64,000 nucleotides of DNA from a bacterium (GCA_965205865.1 CBDBHR010000027.1:96001-160000); one strand, 5' to 3'; counted from the stretch's first letter, positions 51,201-61,400 are shown. Numbers and translations: made by a program. The notes: generated from the letters alone by a model not told the origin.

Positions 51201-52278
51201 AGGCGTCGCCCTTGTCGATCAGGTGGAACAATTCGATCAGGCGGTTGTAGTAGTTGCTTGCAACCTTGGAGAAGGCGTCTCCCTCCGCCGTCCTGCTCGC
51301 AACGTCGTCACGCACCCGCTTACGCAGTCCGTAGTCGTCGTAGCGCGAGTCGTTGACAGGCAACAAGCCCCTGTCCTCGGCGTAGAGAATGAAGAGCAGA
51401 CGGTACAAAAAAATCAGGGCCGCGTCGCGGATTTCTTGCAGGGCCGGTCCTCTGTTATTCTCTTCTCTGATCATTGGCCATTGACCAACGACCACTGCTT
51501 TTGCCAGGGCGTCGACCAAGTTCGGGAAGACGCGATCGAAAACGACGATTGAGAGATCCTGGGCGACTTGCTCCTCGTAGCGTCGGCCTTCGGTAAGCGC
51601 GGACTCGATGAAGGTCGCTGTTGCGCCAGGTCGGAGAATAAACGACTGCCGGCGGAAGAGCAGGTAGAACGCGCGGAGGTCATTCACGTTTTCGTGGTCG
51701 AGCATCGTGCGAAGATCGGCCTCGAAATAGCCACTGGCTCGTGGACGGGCGCGTTGGTCGTACAGACGCCAGTCGGAACCGTTGGTGAGAATGCCGAATC
51801 GGATGCGCCCCTCGGAAACGGTATCGGCGGTCTGCAGGTAGCGCAGGATCTGCGCGTGTGGTGAACTGCGCTGGGATTGGTCGCTGCCGTCGCGGGAGTC
51901 GAGAGGGAGGCCGAATCGCTTGCTTTCCTGCACGAGCAGCGCGTCGTGAAAGCGAGCCTCGGGGTCGGTACGGGAGGCGGCGCGGGTCTTGGAGTCGGCA
52001 TCCTCGAACAGCAGGTTATCGGGTATGTCTTCGCCGCCGGAGACGCTCTGCTGTGGGAGGTAGTCCTGCCAGCCGAGCAGATCGAGGATGGGTCGGATGA
52101 GTTCCAGCTCAGTGACGGCCTCGTTGGGTTCGGTGAAGGCTGTGAAGGATTCCAATCGCGTTGAGATTTCACTTCGGAAGGTCTCGAATCGCTCAGGGTT
52201 TTTGACCGACTCCTGCCACTCGACAGTGGTTTTGATTCCGTCAGTGAGGAAATAAAGGGTGAACAATTGTCCGGGCAT
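48202..52278 (-). CDS. Type IIG (Eco57I-like) fused restriction endonuclease / N6-adenine methyltransferase
   Basis: IPD..VQESK nuclease motif; GILTNG; GSFYTP; DPAMGSGHF; GNPPW. Confidence 0.92.
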   Translation of the reverse strand: MPGQLFTLYFLTDGIKTTVEWQESVKNPERFETFRSEISTRLESFTAFTEPNEAVTELELIRPILDLLGWQDYLPQQSVSGGEDIPDNLLFEDADSKTRAASRTDPEARFHDALLVQESKRFGLPLDSRDGSDQSQRSSPHAQILRYLQTADTVSEGRIRFGILTNGSDWRLYDQRARPRASGYFEADLRTMLDHENVNDLRAFYLLFRRQSFILRPGATATFIESALTEGRRYEEQVAQDLSIVVFDRVFPNLVDALAKAVVVGQWPMIREENNRGPALQEIRDAALIFLYRLLFILYAEDRGLLPVNDSRYDDYGLRKRVRDDVASRTAEGDAFSKVASNYYNRLIELFHLIDKGDASIGLPPYNGGLFASETASLLEEVHLADAKIAPIIYDLSHTDTNKTRRFVNYRDMSVQQLGSIYERLLERDPSLDADGNVSIRPNSYARKDSGSFYTPQELVDLIVDRTLKPLTEERLKAFEDKAIALKSDHRPKNQRLVELKKLDPAEAVLNLKILDPAMGSGHFLVTAVDFLSDYIAELIEYVPAVPDWLSDGYVSPLVKRISVIRRDIIRRAREANWVLNEAQLTDQAIIRRMVLKRCIYGVDKNRMSVELAKVSLWLHSFTVGAPLSFLDHHLRCGDSLVGLRVSQATNDLRNIAELILSSAIAGAETATDGMRLIEELSDADIAEVQKSATLFEGVDKTTADLRGLLDFLCGFRWQTSDLKKKERDEVEEKQLIEPIAQYTDNAFALLSHGPDVTGVEVHEDGDTPLSRFAKLWREARFIADREEFLHWEVAFPGVWQYWQNKRPQGGFDAVIGNPPWDRIKLQEVEWFATRVPELAHAATAAARRNGIQQLRHQGDPLAEKFDAAKERADKLGQWFRASGNYPLLGGGDINLYSLFVERAMSLVKPDGIVGLLIPSGIYADKTAAQFFKSVSSAERVAGLFDFENKKIFFKDIHASFKFCALIFGGEQRRFDETSCAFFLRETAAINDPQRCFPLTPEDFARVNPNTGTAPVFRTRRDAEITLRIYENHPVLVDRSQGEERKAWPVRYHTMFHMTNDSHLFRTAAQLEAEGFYPVQGNRWKRGKELYLPLYEGKMVQAFDHRAASVVVNPDNLNRPAQPQEATNAQHVNPGWLPNPQFWVCENSCSWPEGAEWTIVIKHVTASTNMRTMIAALAPRAGFGNSVPIFISEIIPSKEWSGHLLVANLNAFAFDFVTRQKVQGQNLNLFLIEQLPVIARDSYERRFGDMTAHELVCDHVLRLTYTAHDMAPFARDLGHDGPPFIWNEEERRHLRARLDALYFHLYGLDREDAAYILDTFPIVRKQDKAVFGHYRTKTMILAYMNALAAGDTETVVKV

Positions 52279-52500
52279 GTCAGTTCCTTCGTAATCTACG
52301 GAACAATCCGCAAACAGATCCGTCAATCCGGAAGTAGAGCAAGGAACAAATATTTGCTCGATATAGCTTTGAGAGGTATAAAAGTGAGATCAATCACATC
52401 CATATGGCAAGTCTCGAGTTTCGATTGAAGACAAAAAAAAAAGATGTTTTTTCCAAAATTACGCATAATTTTTGACAAATTTCGGCGTCTTTTATTTTCC

Positions 52501-52608
52501 AGTTGACAGTTCCTCTGTCATCCTGGCGAAGGCGGGGATCCATCTTCGTGACTACCACTGGATTCCTGCCTGCGCAGGAATGACTAAAAAGGCGGCAAAC
52601 TGTCAACT
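52501..52608. repeat. REP-like dimer (52516-52584) inside 11-bp inverted repeats AGTTGACAGTT
   Basis: TGTCATCCTGGCGAAGGCGGGGATCCA ... TGGATTCCTGCCTGCGCAGGAATGAC. Confidence 0.8.
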
Positions 52609-52900
52609 ACTTTTTGCTATTTTTGAAGGGTCCCCAAATTTCTATTCAGATTGTATAAAAATCGGTTCGAGTCGGACACTATCAATTTTCTTCGAGTCTG
52701 AGTAAATTTTGCTGAAAAATAGCTTGTATATCCAATTTATTCATTCAATAATTTGCCAGCATGAATATTATTATAGATCGTGAATCGAATGGAGCAGCAA
52801 TTTGAGAACGAAAAATCGGGGACCCGGACATGTTCAGTGACCGCGAATTTTTTCATGTCTTTAAATTTCTCATGATACTACGCACTCTTTTTGACCGGCA

Positions 52901-53812
52901 ATGAAAGCAAAATCAATTGGAATTGAATCGATTTTAATCTTGGGACGGGGCAAACTCGTTGATTATCTGGCACTGACCAAATTCCGTTTGATGCTGTTGG
53001 TGCTCATTACCGTGGGAATCGGGTTTTATCTTGCCTCCGGAAGCGATACCTTTTTATTTCTCAATGTGCTCATAGGTGTGGCATGTGTGGGTTCAGGGGC
53101 TAATGTGCTCAACCAATGGTACGAGCGGGGATACGATGCTCAAATGAAACGGACCCGACATCGTCCTCTTCCCTCGGGACGGCTCAACCATAATGAAGCG
53201 TTGATATTTGGACTTATCATTTCTGTCGCAGGATTGCTTTATTTGACATTAACAGTCAATCTACTCACAACAGTGCTGGGGATTGCCAGTTGGGCATCCT
53301 ATCTATATATATACACGCCTCTCAAACGACGGACCGTCTTGAATACCTGGGTCGGCGCCATTCCCGGCGCTCTTCCTCCTTTGATGGGTTGGACAGCGGC
53401 GCGAGGGACTCTGGATTGGCAAGCACTCTCTCTTTTTGCAATCCTTTATTTGTGGCAACTACCCCATTTCTTTGCAGTTTCCTGGATGTACCGTGAAGAT
53501 TATAAAAACGGGGGCTTCCGTATGCTCTCGCTGGAAGATCCCAGCGGACGGAAAACCGGGCAACAGATGATATTCAATACGCTTCTCCTCTTCCTTGCCA
53601 GCCTCAGCTTGTTTTTCACGTCACAAACCGGAATACTGTATTTATTATGCGCGTTAGCATTGGGAATACTGTTTTTGGCAACAACACTACGTTTTTTCAA
53701 ACGAAGAACGAATGTCAATGCGCGAGTCGTTTTCTTTGCATCTATTATATACTTCCCGGTGCTTTGGCTGTCGATGGTGCTGGACAGGATGGCTGGATGG
53801 GGGAGTCTGTGA
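52901..53812 (+). CDS. ctaB: Protoheme IX farnesyltransferase (heme O synthase)
   Basis: DAQMKRTRHRPLPSG, YTPLKR, GAIPGALPPLMGW and WQLPHF motifs. Confidence 0.95.
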   Translation: MKAKSIGIESILILGRGKLVDYLALTKFRLMLLVLITVGIGFYLASGSDTFLFLNVLIGVACVGSGANVLNQWYERGYDAQMKRTRHRPLPSGRLNHNEALIFGLIISVAGLLYLTLTVNLLTTVLGIASWASYLYIYTPLKRRTVLNTWVGAIPGALPPLMGWTAARGTLDWQALSLFAILYLWQLPHFFAVSWMYREDYKNGGFRMLSLEDPSGRKTGQQMIFNTLLLFLASLSLFFTSQTGILYLLCALALGILFLATTLRFFKRRTNVNARVVFFASIIYFPVLWLSMVLDRMAGWGSL

Positions 53813-53844
53813 CAAAAAGTCAAGGTTTGAAATTCTGGAGGAAA

Positions 53845-53943
53845 ATGGACAACGAATCTGATATTTTAGCAAAAAAAGTTTTCAAAATCACGTTAGCTAC
53901 AGCAATCCTCTTCATGATTTCCGTGATTTTTTTTATCCTGTAA
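53845..53943 (+). CDS. 32-aa single-TM small protein in the oxidase cluster
   Basis: GGAGG RBS; MDNESDILAKKVFKITLATAILFMISVIFFIL. Confidence 0.6.
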   Translation: MDNESDILAKKVFKITLATAILFMISVIFFIL

Positions 53944-54009
53944 AGCCAACCAATGCATTCTGAATTCCTGAAAGACGACAGGATCGATTGATACAATGAC
54001 AACGGAGTA

Positions 54010-54759
54010 ATGGGGATGATAGAGTTTTTTATACCAAATGGTTCAACATTTGGGAGTGATATTGATTTTCTGTTTGAATTGATCACCTACATTGTTGGGT
54101 TTTGGTTTATTCTGGTACAGGCTATTATTTTTTATTTTGTCATCCGCTTCCGCAGAAAACCGGGAGTAAAAGCCCAATACATTTCGGGAGAAGAGCATAA
54201 TCAAACGCGATGGCTCCACTGGCCACATTATTTGGTGATAATTTGTGATGTGGTTATCATAGTTATCACCGTCAGAATTTGGATGGACGTGAAAATGGAC
54301 TTGCCCCCCCCGGAAGACAAGATCCGTGTGGTTGCTCAGCAATGGACCTGGATCTTCGTGCATTCCGGACCTGACGGCAAACTGGATACGGCAGACGATG
54401 TTGCCACCATCAATGACCTGCACTTGAAAGTCAATACCCTTTATCACTATGAACTACAGTCGAGAGACGTCCTTCATGATTTTTCCATTCCCATTCTGCG
54501 TTTGAAACAGGATGCCATTCCCGGCAGAACCATTAACGGATGGTTTGAACCTATCCTGACCGGGCAATTCGACGTGCAATGCGCGGAAATGTGTGGCATT
54601 GGCCACGGTTTGATGGCAGCCCGAGTGACAATCGAGTCGGAAGAATCTTACAATGCCTGGCTGGCCCGCCACGCGGTTCCTCAAATAGAAGAAACGGTGG
54701 CGGCGGTAGATTCTGAAGAAAGTCTTTTTACCCGGAAACTAAGCCGTAGTTTCGAATAA
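54010..54759 (+). CDS. coxB: Cytochrome c oxidase subunit II
   Basis: CuA ligands DVLH..CAEMCGIGHGLM. Confidence 0.95.
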   Translation: MGMIEFFIPNGSTFGSDIDFLFELITYIVGFWFILVQAIIFYFVIRFRRKPGVKAQYISGEEHNQTRWLHWPHYLVIICDVVIIVITVRIWMDVKMDLPPPEDKIRVVAQQWTWIFVHSGPDGKLDTADDVATINDLHLKVNTLYHYELQSRDVLHDFSIPILRLKQDAIPGRTINGWFEPILTGQFDVQCAEMCGIGHGLMAARVTIESEESYNAWLARHAVPQIEETVAAVDSEESLFTRKLSRSFE

Positions 54760-54833
54760 ATAGCAACAGTCTCTGAATGTAAAAATAACGGGTCATTCCT
54801 GACCCTCAATTGAAACCCAGAAGGAGAGAAACG

Positions 54834-56546
54834 ATGAGTGACACCGGAATCGATGCAAGTCATGTGGCAGAACACGCTGCCCATGAGGAGATGGATTTTT
54901 GGAGTAAATATGTTTTTTCCACAGATCATAAAATCATTGGTTTTCAGTACATGTTTACCGGGATGTTCATGGCCATAATCGGTGGTTTTTTTGCTTACGC
55001 CTTTCGTATGCAACTGGCCTTTCCCGGCGAATCCATTCCATTTTTTGGAAGTATGAATTCGGGAGAGTACAACATGCTGATCACCAATCATGGCACGATC
55101 ATGATTTTTTGGGTGGCCATGCCGGTCCTCATTGCAACATTGGGGAATTTTCTGATTCCGCTGATGATTGGTTGTGACGATATGGTGTTTCCTCGTTTGA
55201 ACAGGCTTTCTTACCAAATTTTTCTACTCAGCACCATCGTGCTCATCATTTCCTTTTTTGTTCCAGGTGGAGGATTCGGAGGAGCTTGGACCGCCTATCC
55301 ACCTCTTTCTGCCAGTGGCAATTACAATCATACTGATTGGGGAGCCTCTTTGTGGCTCTTGGCAGTTGCTCTGGAATTTGCGGCATTTCTTCTGGGAGGG
55401 ATTAATTTTTTGACCACTACCATGAATTCCCGAGCGGCCGGCATGAAAATGATGGACATGCCGATGGTCATCTGGATGATTGACATTGCCGTTATTTTAT
55501 TTATGGCTTCGGTGGGTCCCTTGATTGCGGGCGCAGTGATGCTTTTCATGGACCAACGCATTGGGACCAGCTTTTTCCTACCCGCCGGAGGAGGTGATCC
55601 CGTTTTATGGCAACATCTTTTCTGGTTTTTTGGACATCCCGAAGTTTACGTTGTGCTGTTACCGGCATTGGGAGTAGTGGCTGAAGTACTCACTACGTTT
55701 TCCAGGAAAAAACTATTCGGTTACAGGACGATTCTCTATACGACTTTCGCCACAGGAGTGTTGTCCTTCACCGTCTGGGCGCACCACCAGTTTATCGCGG
55801 GGATTGATCCGAGGATGGGTAATATTTTTGCAGTGACAACCTTGCTGATTTCGATTCCGATCGCGGAAATCATGTTTTGCTACATCGCCACGCTCTATGG
55901 GGGATCTATTGAACTCAACACACCCATGCTTTGGGCCATATCATTTGTTGTGGAATTTTTATTGGGAGGCGTGACTGGAATTTATTTGGGAGCAAGCGCC
56001 TTGGATGTGTATCTCCATGATACCTACTTTGTGTTGGCCCACTTCCATTACACCTTCTTTCCCATTGCCATCATTGGCGTCTATGCCGCAGTCACTTACT
56101 GGTTTCCAAAGATGTTTGGTCGAATGATGAACGATACTCTGGGCAAGATCCATTTTTGGGGTACCATCATTCCCTTCAACTGCATCTTTATTCCCCTCTT
56201 TTTCCTGGGGATGGCCGGTCAGCACCGCCGTATCTACAATTTCAACAATTTTCCGGATTTAGCCACAGAAGGTATGCAGGATACACGGATTTTCGCCACT
56301 GTCAGTTTGGTCATCATGCTACTCTTCCAATTCGTGTTTATTTATAATTTCGTCTACAGCCTCTATAAAGGAAAGAAGGCACCGAAAAATCCCTGGAAAG
56401 CCAATAGTTTGGAATGGGTTGCAGACTCTCCCGCTCCTCATGGCAATTTTGTGGAACTCGACAAAATCCAGGTTTTTCGCGGCCCATATGAATACAGCGT
56501 GGAAGGACGTGAGGAGGACTATTGGCCTCAAAACGTTCCCACTTGA
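54834..56546 (+). CDS. coxA: Cytochrome c oxidase subunit I (A1 type)
   Basis: TDHKIIG, HGTIM, WFFGHPEVY, WAHH and HFHY motifs. Confidence 0.97.
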   Translation: MSDTGIDASHVAEHAAHEEMDFWSKYVFSTDHKIIGFQYMFTGMFMAIIGGFFAYAFRMQLAFPGESIPFFGSMNSGEYNMLITNHGTIMIFWVAMPVLIATLGNFLIPLMIGCDDMVFPRLNRLSYQIFLLSTIVLIISFFVPGGGFGGAWTAYPPLSASGNYNHTDWGASLWLLAVALEFAAFLLGGINFLTTTMNSRAAGMKMMDMPMVIWMIDIAVILFMASVGPLIAGAVMLFMDQRIGTSFFLPAGGGDPVLWQHLFWFFGHPEVYVVLLPALGVVAEVLTTFSRKKLFGYRTILYTTFATGVLSFTVWAHHQFIAGIDPRMGNIFAVTTLLISIPIAEIMFCYIATLYGGSIELNTPMLWAISFVVEFLLGGVTGIYLGASALDVYLHDTYFVLAHFHYTFFPIAIIGVYAAVTYWFPKMFGRMMNDTLGKIHFWGTIIPFNCIFIPLFFLGMAGQHRRIYNFNNFPDLATEGMQDTRIFATVSLVIMLLFQFVFIYNFVYSLYKGKKAPKNPWKANSLEWVADSPAPHGNFVELDKIQVFRGPYEYSVEGREEDYWPQNVPT

Positions 56547-56584
56547 TTAATTTTTAATGTGAATTGTTTACAGGAGAGTTTTTT

Positions 56585-57163
56585 ATGGCGTTTCACGCAC
56601 CCGTAGCCACAACAAGAAGTGTAACAGGAATTCCAACCGGTAGATTGGCTGTCTGGTGGGTATTGGCTTCCGAAGTTTTCATCTTCGGGGGATTGATTGC
56701 GTGTTATTTACTTTTTCGCTTGAAACATGATGCCTGGGGAGACTATGCGGCCAACACCAGCACCCCGGCCGGGGCACTCAATACGTTTGTATTGCTCACT
56801 TCCAGTCTTTTTATCGTTATAGCTCACTCCGCCGTGGAGCGTAAAGAAATCGATCGCGCATTCAAATTCATTTGGCTGACAATTGCATGCGGTGGAATTT
56901 TTATGCTCGTCAAAACCTATGAGTATACGACTGAAATATTACACGGTTTCGTCCTCACTTCCAACCCTTTCTGGGGATTCTACTACACCGCTACCGGACT
57001 CCACGCCTGCCATGTGATTGCAGGTATGGTCATTATGGGCATCATCTCCATGGACGTGAAAAAGTCTATGCATCTGAATCGAGTGGAGTTGATCGGCATC
57101 TATTGGCACTTTGTGGACATTGTCTGGATTTTTCTCTTTCCACTTCTTTATATTGCAAAATAG
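56585..57163 (+). CDS. coxC: Cytochrome c oxidase subunit III
   Basis: LASE..FG, NTFVLLTSS, TGLHACHV and YWHFVDIVW motifs. Confidence 0.92.
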   Translation: MAFHAPVATTRSVTGIPTGRLAVWWVLASEVFIFGGLIACYLLFRLKHDAWGDYAANTSTPAGALNTFVLLTSSLFIVIAHSAVERKEIDRAFKFIWLTIACGGIFMLVKTYEYTTEILHGFVLTSNPFWGFYYTATGLHACHVIAGMVIMGIISMDVKKSMHLNRVELIGIYWHFVDIVWIFLFPLLYIAK

Positions 57164-57179
57164 TTTCCAGGAGCAAAGC

Positions 57180-57557
57180 ATGGCTCACGACGCAGCCCAC
57201 GATAATCACGACAAACGATATGTAAAAATTTGGGGAATCCTGTTGGTTTTGCTGGCAATCAGTATTGCGGGTCCTACCCTGGGTATTCAGGCAGTAACGC
57301 TGGTCACGGCATTTGGTATTGCGGTGGTGAAAGCATTGATGGTGGCTGCTTATTTCATGCATTTGAACGTGGAAAAACGTTTCATTTGGTATCTGCTGAT
57401 TATTTCTCTGGCATTTATTGGAATTTTTTATTTCGGAGTGGCGCCAGACATCATGAAAGGAGATGGAACCCTATGGAAAGATTGTATTATTGACCAAAGC
57501 TGCACTATGACCGGGGATGCTGCCAAAGATTCTACAAACTATGGAATAATTAGATAA
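57180..57557 (+). CDS. Cytochrome c oxidase subunit IV family protein
   Basis: IAVVKALMVAAYFMHL motif. Confidence 0.88.
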   Translation: MAHDAAHDNHDKRYVKIWGILLVLLAISIAGPTLGIQAVTLVTAFGIAVVKALMVAAYFMHLNVEKRFIWYLLIISLAFIGIFYFGVAPDIMKGDGTLWKDCIIDQSCTMTGDAAKDSTNYGIIR

Positions 57558-57562
57558 AGCCA

Positions 57563-58171
57563 ATGCTTGTTACTGCCAATTTCGATCCGGCTCAACGCCA
57601 TAATCGAAGAAAAGCTCCCATCGCCAACGGGGTCTTGGGGATGCTCATCTTTGTAATAACAGAAGTCATGTTTTTTGCAGCGTTGATCAGCGCTTATCTG
57701 GTGCTCCGCGCAGGCACCCCGGAATGGCCTCCTTGGGGTCAGCCTCGTCTTCCGGTTGCCGCGACGGCTTTCAATTCCGTCGTCTTGCTACTCAGCGGAT
57801 GGGTTCTCTTTCAGGCTTACAAAGCATTCGTGCAACCGAATTCCTACCTGCGCAAAGTGAGAAAGCTGCTCGGTGTCTCTATTTTGCTGGGTACTTTTTT
57901 TGTTTTGTTCCAGGGTTATGAATGGTTACAATTGATCTCATTCGGCCTTACCATCACTTCCAGTACATATGGTAGCTTGTTTTATCTCGTCATCGGTACC
58001 CATGCGCTACATGCGATCATCGCTCTTTTGATTCTTTTCCGCGCCTATTCCAAACTAGCTCCCTTACGGACTCCGCCTCTCACCAGGACAGAATTTGTGG
58101 TTCCTCAGATTTTTTGGTATTTTGTCGTGGGTGTTTGGCCGGTTTTGTACGTCACCGTTTATTTGGTATGA
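57563..58171 (+). CDS. Second subunit III-family protein
   Basis: TEVMFF, QGYEW, GTHALH and FWYFVVGVW motifs. Confidence 0.88.
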   Translation: MLVTANFDPAQRHNRRKAPIANGVLGMLIFVITEVMFFAALISAYLVLRAGTPEWPPWGQPRLPVAATAFNSVVLLLSGWVLFQAYKAFVQPNSYLRKVRKLLGVSILLGTFFVLFQGYEWLQLISFGLTITSSTYGSLFYLVIGTHALHAIIALLILFRAYSKLAPLRTPPLTRTEFVVPQIFWYFVVGVWPVLYVTVYLV

Positions 58172-58482
58172 AAAGAATACTATTGATTACTCTTGTCAAG
58201 AATTCGTTCATTAGAAGCAGACCATTCCGGGTTTTCCTGACATTCCTGTTCATTAATTTTCCATTCCCACTTTATGCTTGTCCGGTGTGTTTTGTCGGAA
58301 AAGAAGGAACAACTGCGGTTTATCTGGGAACTGCAATTGGGTTGAGCTTGCTTCCCTTGGGAATGGTAGCCGCCTTCTCTCTTTGGATCTACCGACGATA
58401 TCGGAATAATGACTGTCAGGAAGACCACCTTCCGGGACATAAATTTGTCTCTTCCGGACGGCAACCAACTCCTATGGATTAA
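58168..58482 (+). CDS. Small membrane protein with ACPVC motif
   Basis: ATGA overlap with the upstream gene; ACPVCF followed by a TM helix. Confidence 0.65.
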   Translation: MKRILLITLVKNSFIRSRPFRVFLTFLFINFPFPLYACPVCFVGKEGTTAVYLGTAIGLSLLPLGMVAAFSLWIYRRYRNNDCQEDHLPGHKFVSSGRQPTPMD

Positions 58483-58555
58483 ACTCTTTTCCTCTTCTGC
58501 AAAGGCATTTCTCAGCCGGACTCATCCCCAACCTACTTTCACTCCAATTGTTTTC

Positions 58556-59476
58556 ATGTTCAAACAGATCGCATTGATTTCGACTCTTTTGACATGGCCC
58601 CTGATTTCCTTTGGTACTCTAGTCCGTCTTGAAGGAGCAGGTCTTGCTTGCCCGGACTGGCCTTTATGCTACGGAAAAATCATTCCACCTTATGAATTCA
58701 AAATAATGCTGGAAGTGGGACACCGTTTGTTGGCGAGTTGTCTGGGTCTTTTCATTCTGACTCTACTGCTTATGTCCTTCCGACCCCAATATAAAAAATA
58801 CCGCAGGCTTTCCTTCCTTTGCTTCATGCTGGTATGCATACAGGGAATTCTGGGAGGTTTGACCGTAATTATGCATCTCTCGCCAACCACCGTAGTTCTT
58901 CACCTGTTAGGAGGAAATTTTCTGTTTGGTTTGCTCATTTATCTTACCTATACTCTCTACAGTGCCAATCGAGCACCTCAAACCAACGCCAGTCTTTCGC
59001 CATTGTCGCATTTCAGCAAAATGCAAGGAGGCATGCTATTGCTTTTCTCGGTTATCCTGATTTCCGGCGGAATCAACAGCAGCACTTATTCAAGTTATGC
59101 TTGCTCTGCGTTTCCCGGATGTCATGCAGGCAGCATGTTCTCATTCCATGTCGGTGAAGAAACACAATCAATAGGGACATTCCTTCCTCAATTTCTCAAC
59201 GAATGGATTCATATGTCGCATCGCCTGATTGCCATACTGGGATCCTCAGGACTGGCTTTTTTAGGCTGGTATGTGCTTTTCCGCCATCACAATCGAACTT
59301 ATCGTACGATTGCCCATGCAATTTGGATCTTACTGGCAACCGAAATATTGGTTGGCATTGCCAACGCGGTTTACTACATACCAGTCCCCGTCTCCCTCTT
59401 TCATACTACCCTTGCAGCGACTATTTTTGGATTGTTGAGTTTTTCTTTTGCCAAATCGGTCCATGAGCCTCACTGA
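58556..59476 (+). CDS. ctaA: Heme A synthase (COX15/CtaA family)
   Basis: GLACPDWPLC, EVGHR, QGILGG and HMSHR motifs. Confidence 0.92.
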   Translation: MFKQIALISTLLTWPLISFGTLVRLEGAGLACPDWPLCYGKIIPPYEFKIMLEVGHRLLASCLGLFILTLLLMSFRPQYKKYRRLSFLCFMLVCIQGILGGLTVIMHLSPTTVVLHLLGGNFLFGLLIYLTYTLYSANRAPQTNASLSPLSHFSKMQGGMLLLFSVILISGGINSSTYSSYACSAFPGCHAGSMFSFHVGEETQSIGTFLPQFLNEWIHMSHRLIAILGSSGLAFLGWYVLFRHHNRTYRTIAHAIWILLATEILVGIANAVYYIPVPVSLFHTTLAATIFGLLSFSFAKSVHEPH

Positions 59477-59879
59477 CCTACCCACCTTCAATGCCTGCTT
59501 CAATGGAATCACGATCGCTCTGCTTCTGCTGGGGTTTTGGGCCATCAAATCCGGTAAGGAATCCTGCCATAAGTTTCTCATGTGCGCGGCTTTTGGAGTC
59601 TCGACTTTATTTTTGGCCAGTTATCTGATTTATCATTTCCACATTGGTTCCGTACCATTTCAGGGAACCGGCTTGGTACGCATTTTTTATTTTATGGTGC
59701 TGGTTCCCCACATCCTGCTGGCTGCCATCCAACTTCCCTTGATTCTCCTTGCAATTTATAAAGCATTGAAAAATCATCGCCAAGCCCATCGTGCTCTGGT
59801 GAAGTGGACCTATCCAATCTGGCTCTATGTTTCCGTTTCCGGCATTGTTGTGTACCTTATGCTTTATCACTTTTCCTGA
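59463..59879 (+). CDS. DUF420 (CtaM/YozB-like) membrane protein
   Basis: LPTFNA, FLASYL and PIWLYVSVSG motifs. Confidence 0.9.
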   Translation: MSLTDLPTFNACFNGITIALLLLGFWAIKSGKESCHKFLMCAAFGVSTLFLASYLIYHFHIGSVPFQGTGLVRIFYFMVLVPHILLAAIQLPLILLAIYKALKNHRQAHRALVKWTYPIWLYVSVSGIVVYLMLYHFS

Positions 59880-60094
59880 AACTCTATTCCGTGTTTCATT
59901 CTTTCCTCTATTTCGACTCTGCGCAACGGGGTTATAACTTCCCTGAGTTCCCTGCATTTCAGGATTTGATTCTTGCAAAACCATTCCAGGAAATCGAACA
60001 AATTCAGACTTCTCCGTTTGACAAACTTCAGCTAGTTTAATAGGCTTATTCAGATTGGAACAAATCTTAAAATCATTTTTAATTCGAGAAAAAA

Positions 60095-60562
60095 ATGACT
60101 ATGATGACCGGCGCGGATGCCATCTATTACGCACTGCGATCGCTGAATGTCGAGCACGTGTTCGGGATTATCAGTATACACAATATTCCTATCTATGATG
60201 CGTTCAAACGTCATGGAGGCATCCGGGCGATTGATGCGCGCCATGAGCAAGCGGCTGTCCATATGGCCGACGCTTATGCGCGAACGACCGGAAAGCTGGG
60301 AGTCGCCATTGCCAGCACCGGACCTGGCGCCGCAAATACGATTCCGGGTCTTTTCGAAGCAGGGTTTGCTTCCTCTCCCGTACTGTTGATTACAGGTCAA
60401 ATCGACACTCTATTTTATGGAAAGAGCAAAGGGTTTCTGCACGAAGAACTGAGCAGTTCCAAAAAATTCAAATCCTCATTGGCCCGTGCCATAAAAGAAA
60501 AGGGTCCTGTCTTACTCAATATTGATATGAAAGAGTTCGTTCCCATTCGTTTCTTCGATTGA
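60095..60562 (+). pseudogene. Thiamine pyrophosphate-binding protein with a large in-frame internal deletion
   Basis: N-terminal RHEQAAVHMADAYAR and TGPG joined directly to C-terminal GPVLLNID; only 155 aa. Confidence 0.8.
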
Positions 60563-60647
60563 GATCGCAAATCGAAATTTGCTCCCACAAATCCTGCAAC
60601 ACCCCTGACTAAACCCTTAAGACTCCACTCACTTTCGGGAAAAAATT

Positions 60648-61400
60648 TTAGTTGTTGCAGTGCATGAATAACTGCTGTTCAATAAAAAACAAGGTTTTTT
60701 CGAAAAATGACTGGGGAGGAATCTCATTTTCTTCAGGGGTACGATACTCTTCGGTATTTGGCGCATCAAAGTTCAACATTCGTCTGGATCTTGGAATTCG
60801 CAAAAAAAAAATCCTGAGCATCTGCAGCCAGGTTAATCTCAAATAAGAAGTCAAACGTTGCGCATAATACCATCGGGCTTCAGCCAGGTAAAACCGGCGG
60901 TTCCCTTGCAAACCGAATTGAAATACTTCCATTACTTCTCGGGGCAACTGATTAGTTTTTTGCGACAATTCCTCCCGCATTCGCTGAGCGCGAGGAGACT
61001 GAATCCCAATGGCTTCAAAATACATCTCTGCCAAATGCCTGGCGAGGCGTTGTTGGAGATAGGGATTGGAAGGGTCGATTTTCCTCAGATGAGTGATGTC
61101 AGACATATAATTAATTGGAGTCAATTTTTTCCTGTTTTTTAGTAGGTCAAACTCGTCAACGATGCTGCGAGCCATAATCATGAGCACAAAAAGGGACCCC
61201 AGAGCCAGAAAAAAAAACCACAAAAAAAGTTGCGGTAAACTGTCCACGATCAAGTACAACCACCATAAGGCGTCGATGACAGGAAGGAGGAACACTTCCT
61301 TGACCCAGCCTTTGATAAAAAACGCCACACCCCCTCCAATCAGAAATAAAGCGACGGATATAATTAAAAAATATAGATCACGATGATTGCGTTTCTTCAT
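60648..61400 (-). CDS. Hypothetical membrane protein
   Basis: Long ORF with N-terminal TM helices; overlaps the upstream gene. Confidence 0.7.
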   Translation of the reverse strand: MKKRNHRDLYFLIISVALFLIGGGVAFFIKGWVKEVFLLPVIDALWWLYLIVDSLPQLFLWFFFLALGSLFVLMIMARSIVDEFDLLKNRKKLTPINYMSDITHLRKIDPSNPYLQQRLARHLAEMYFEAIGIQSPRAQRMREELSQKTNQLPREVMEVFQFGLQGNRRFYLAEARWYYAQRLTSYLRLTWLQMLRIFFLRIPRSRRMLNFDAPNTEEYRTPEENEIPPQSFFEKTLFFIEQQLFMHCNN

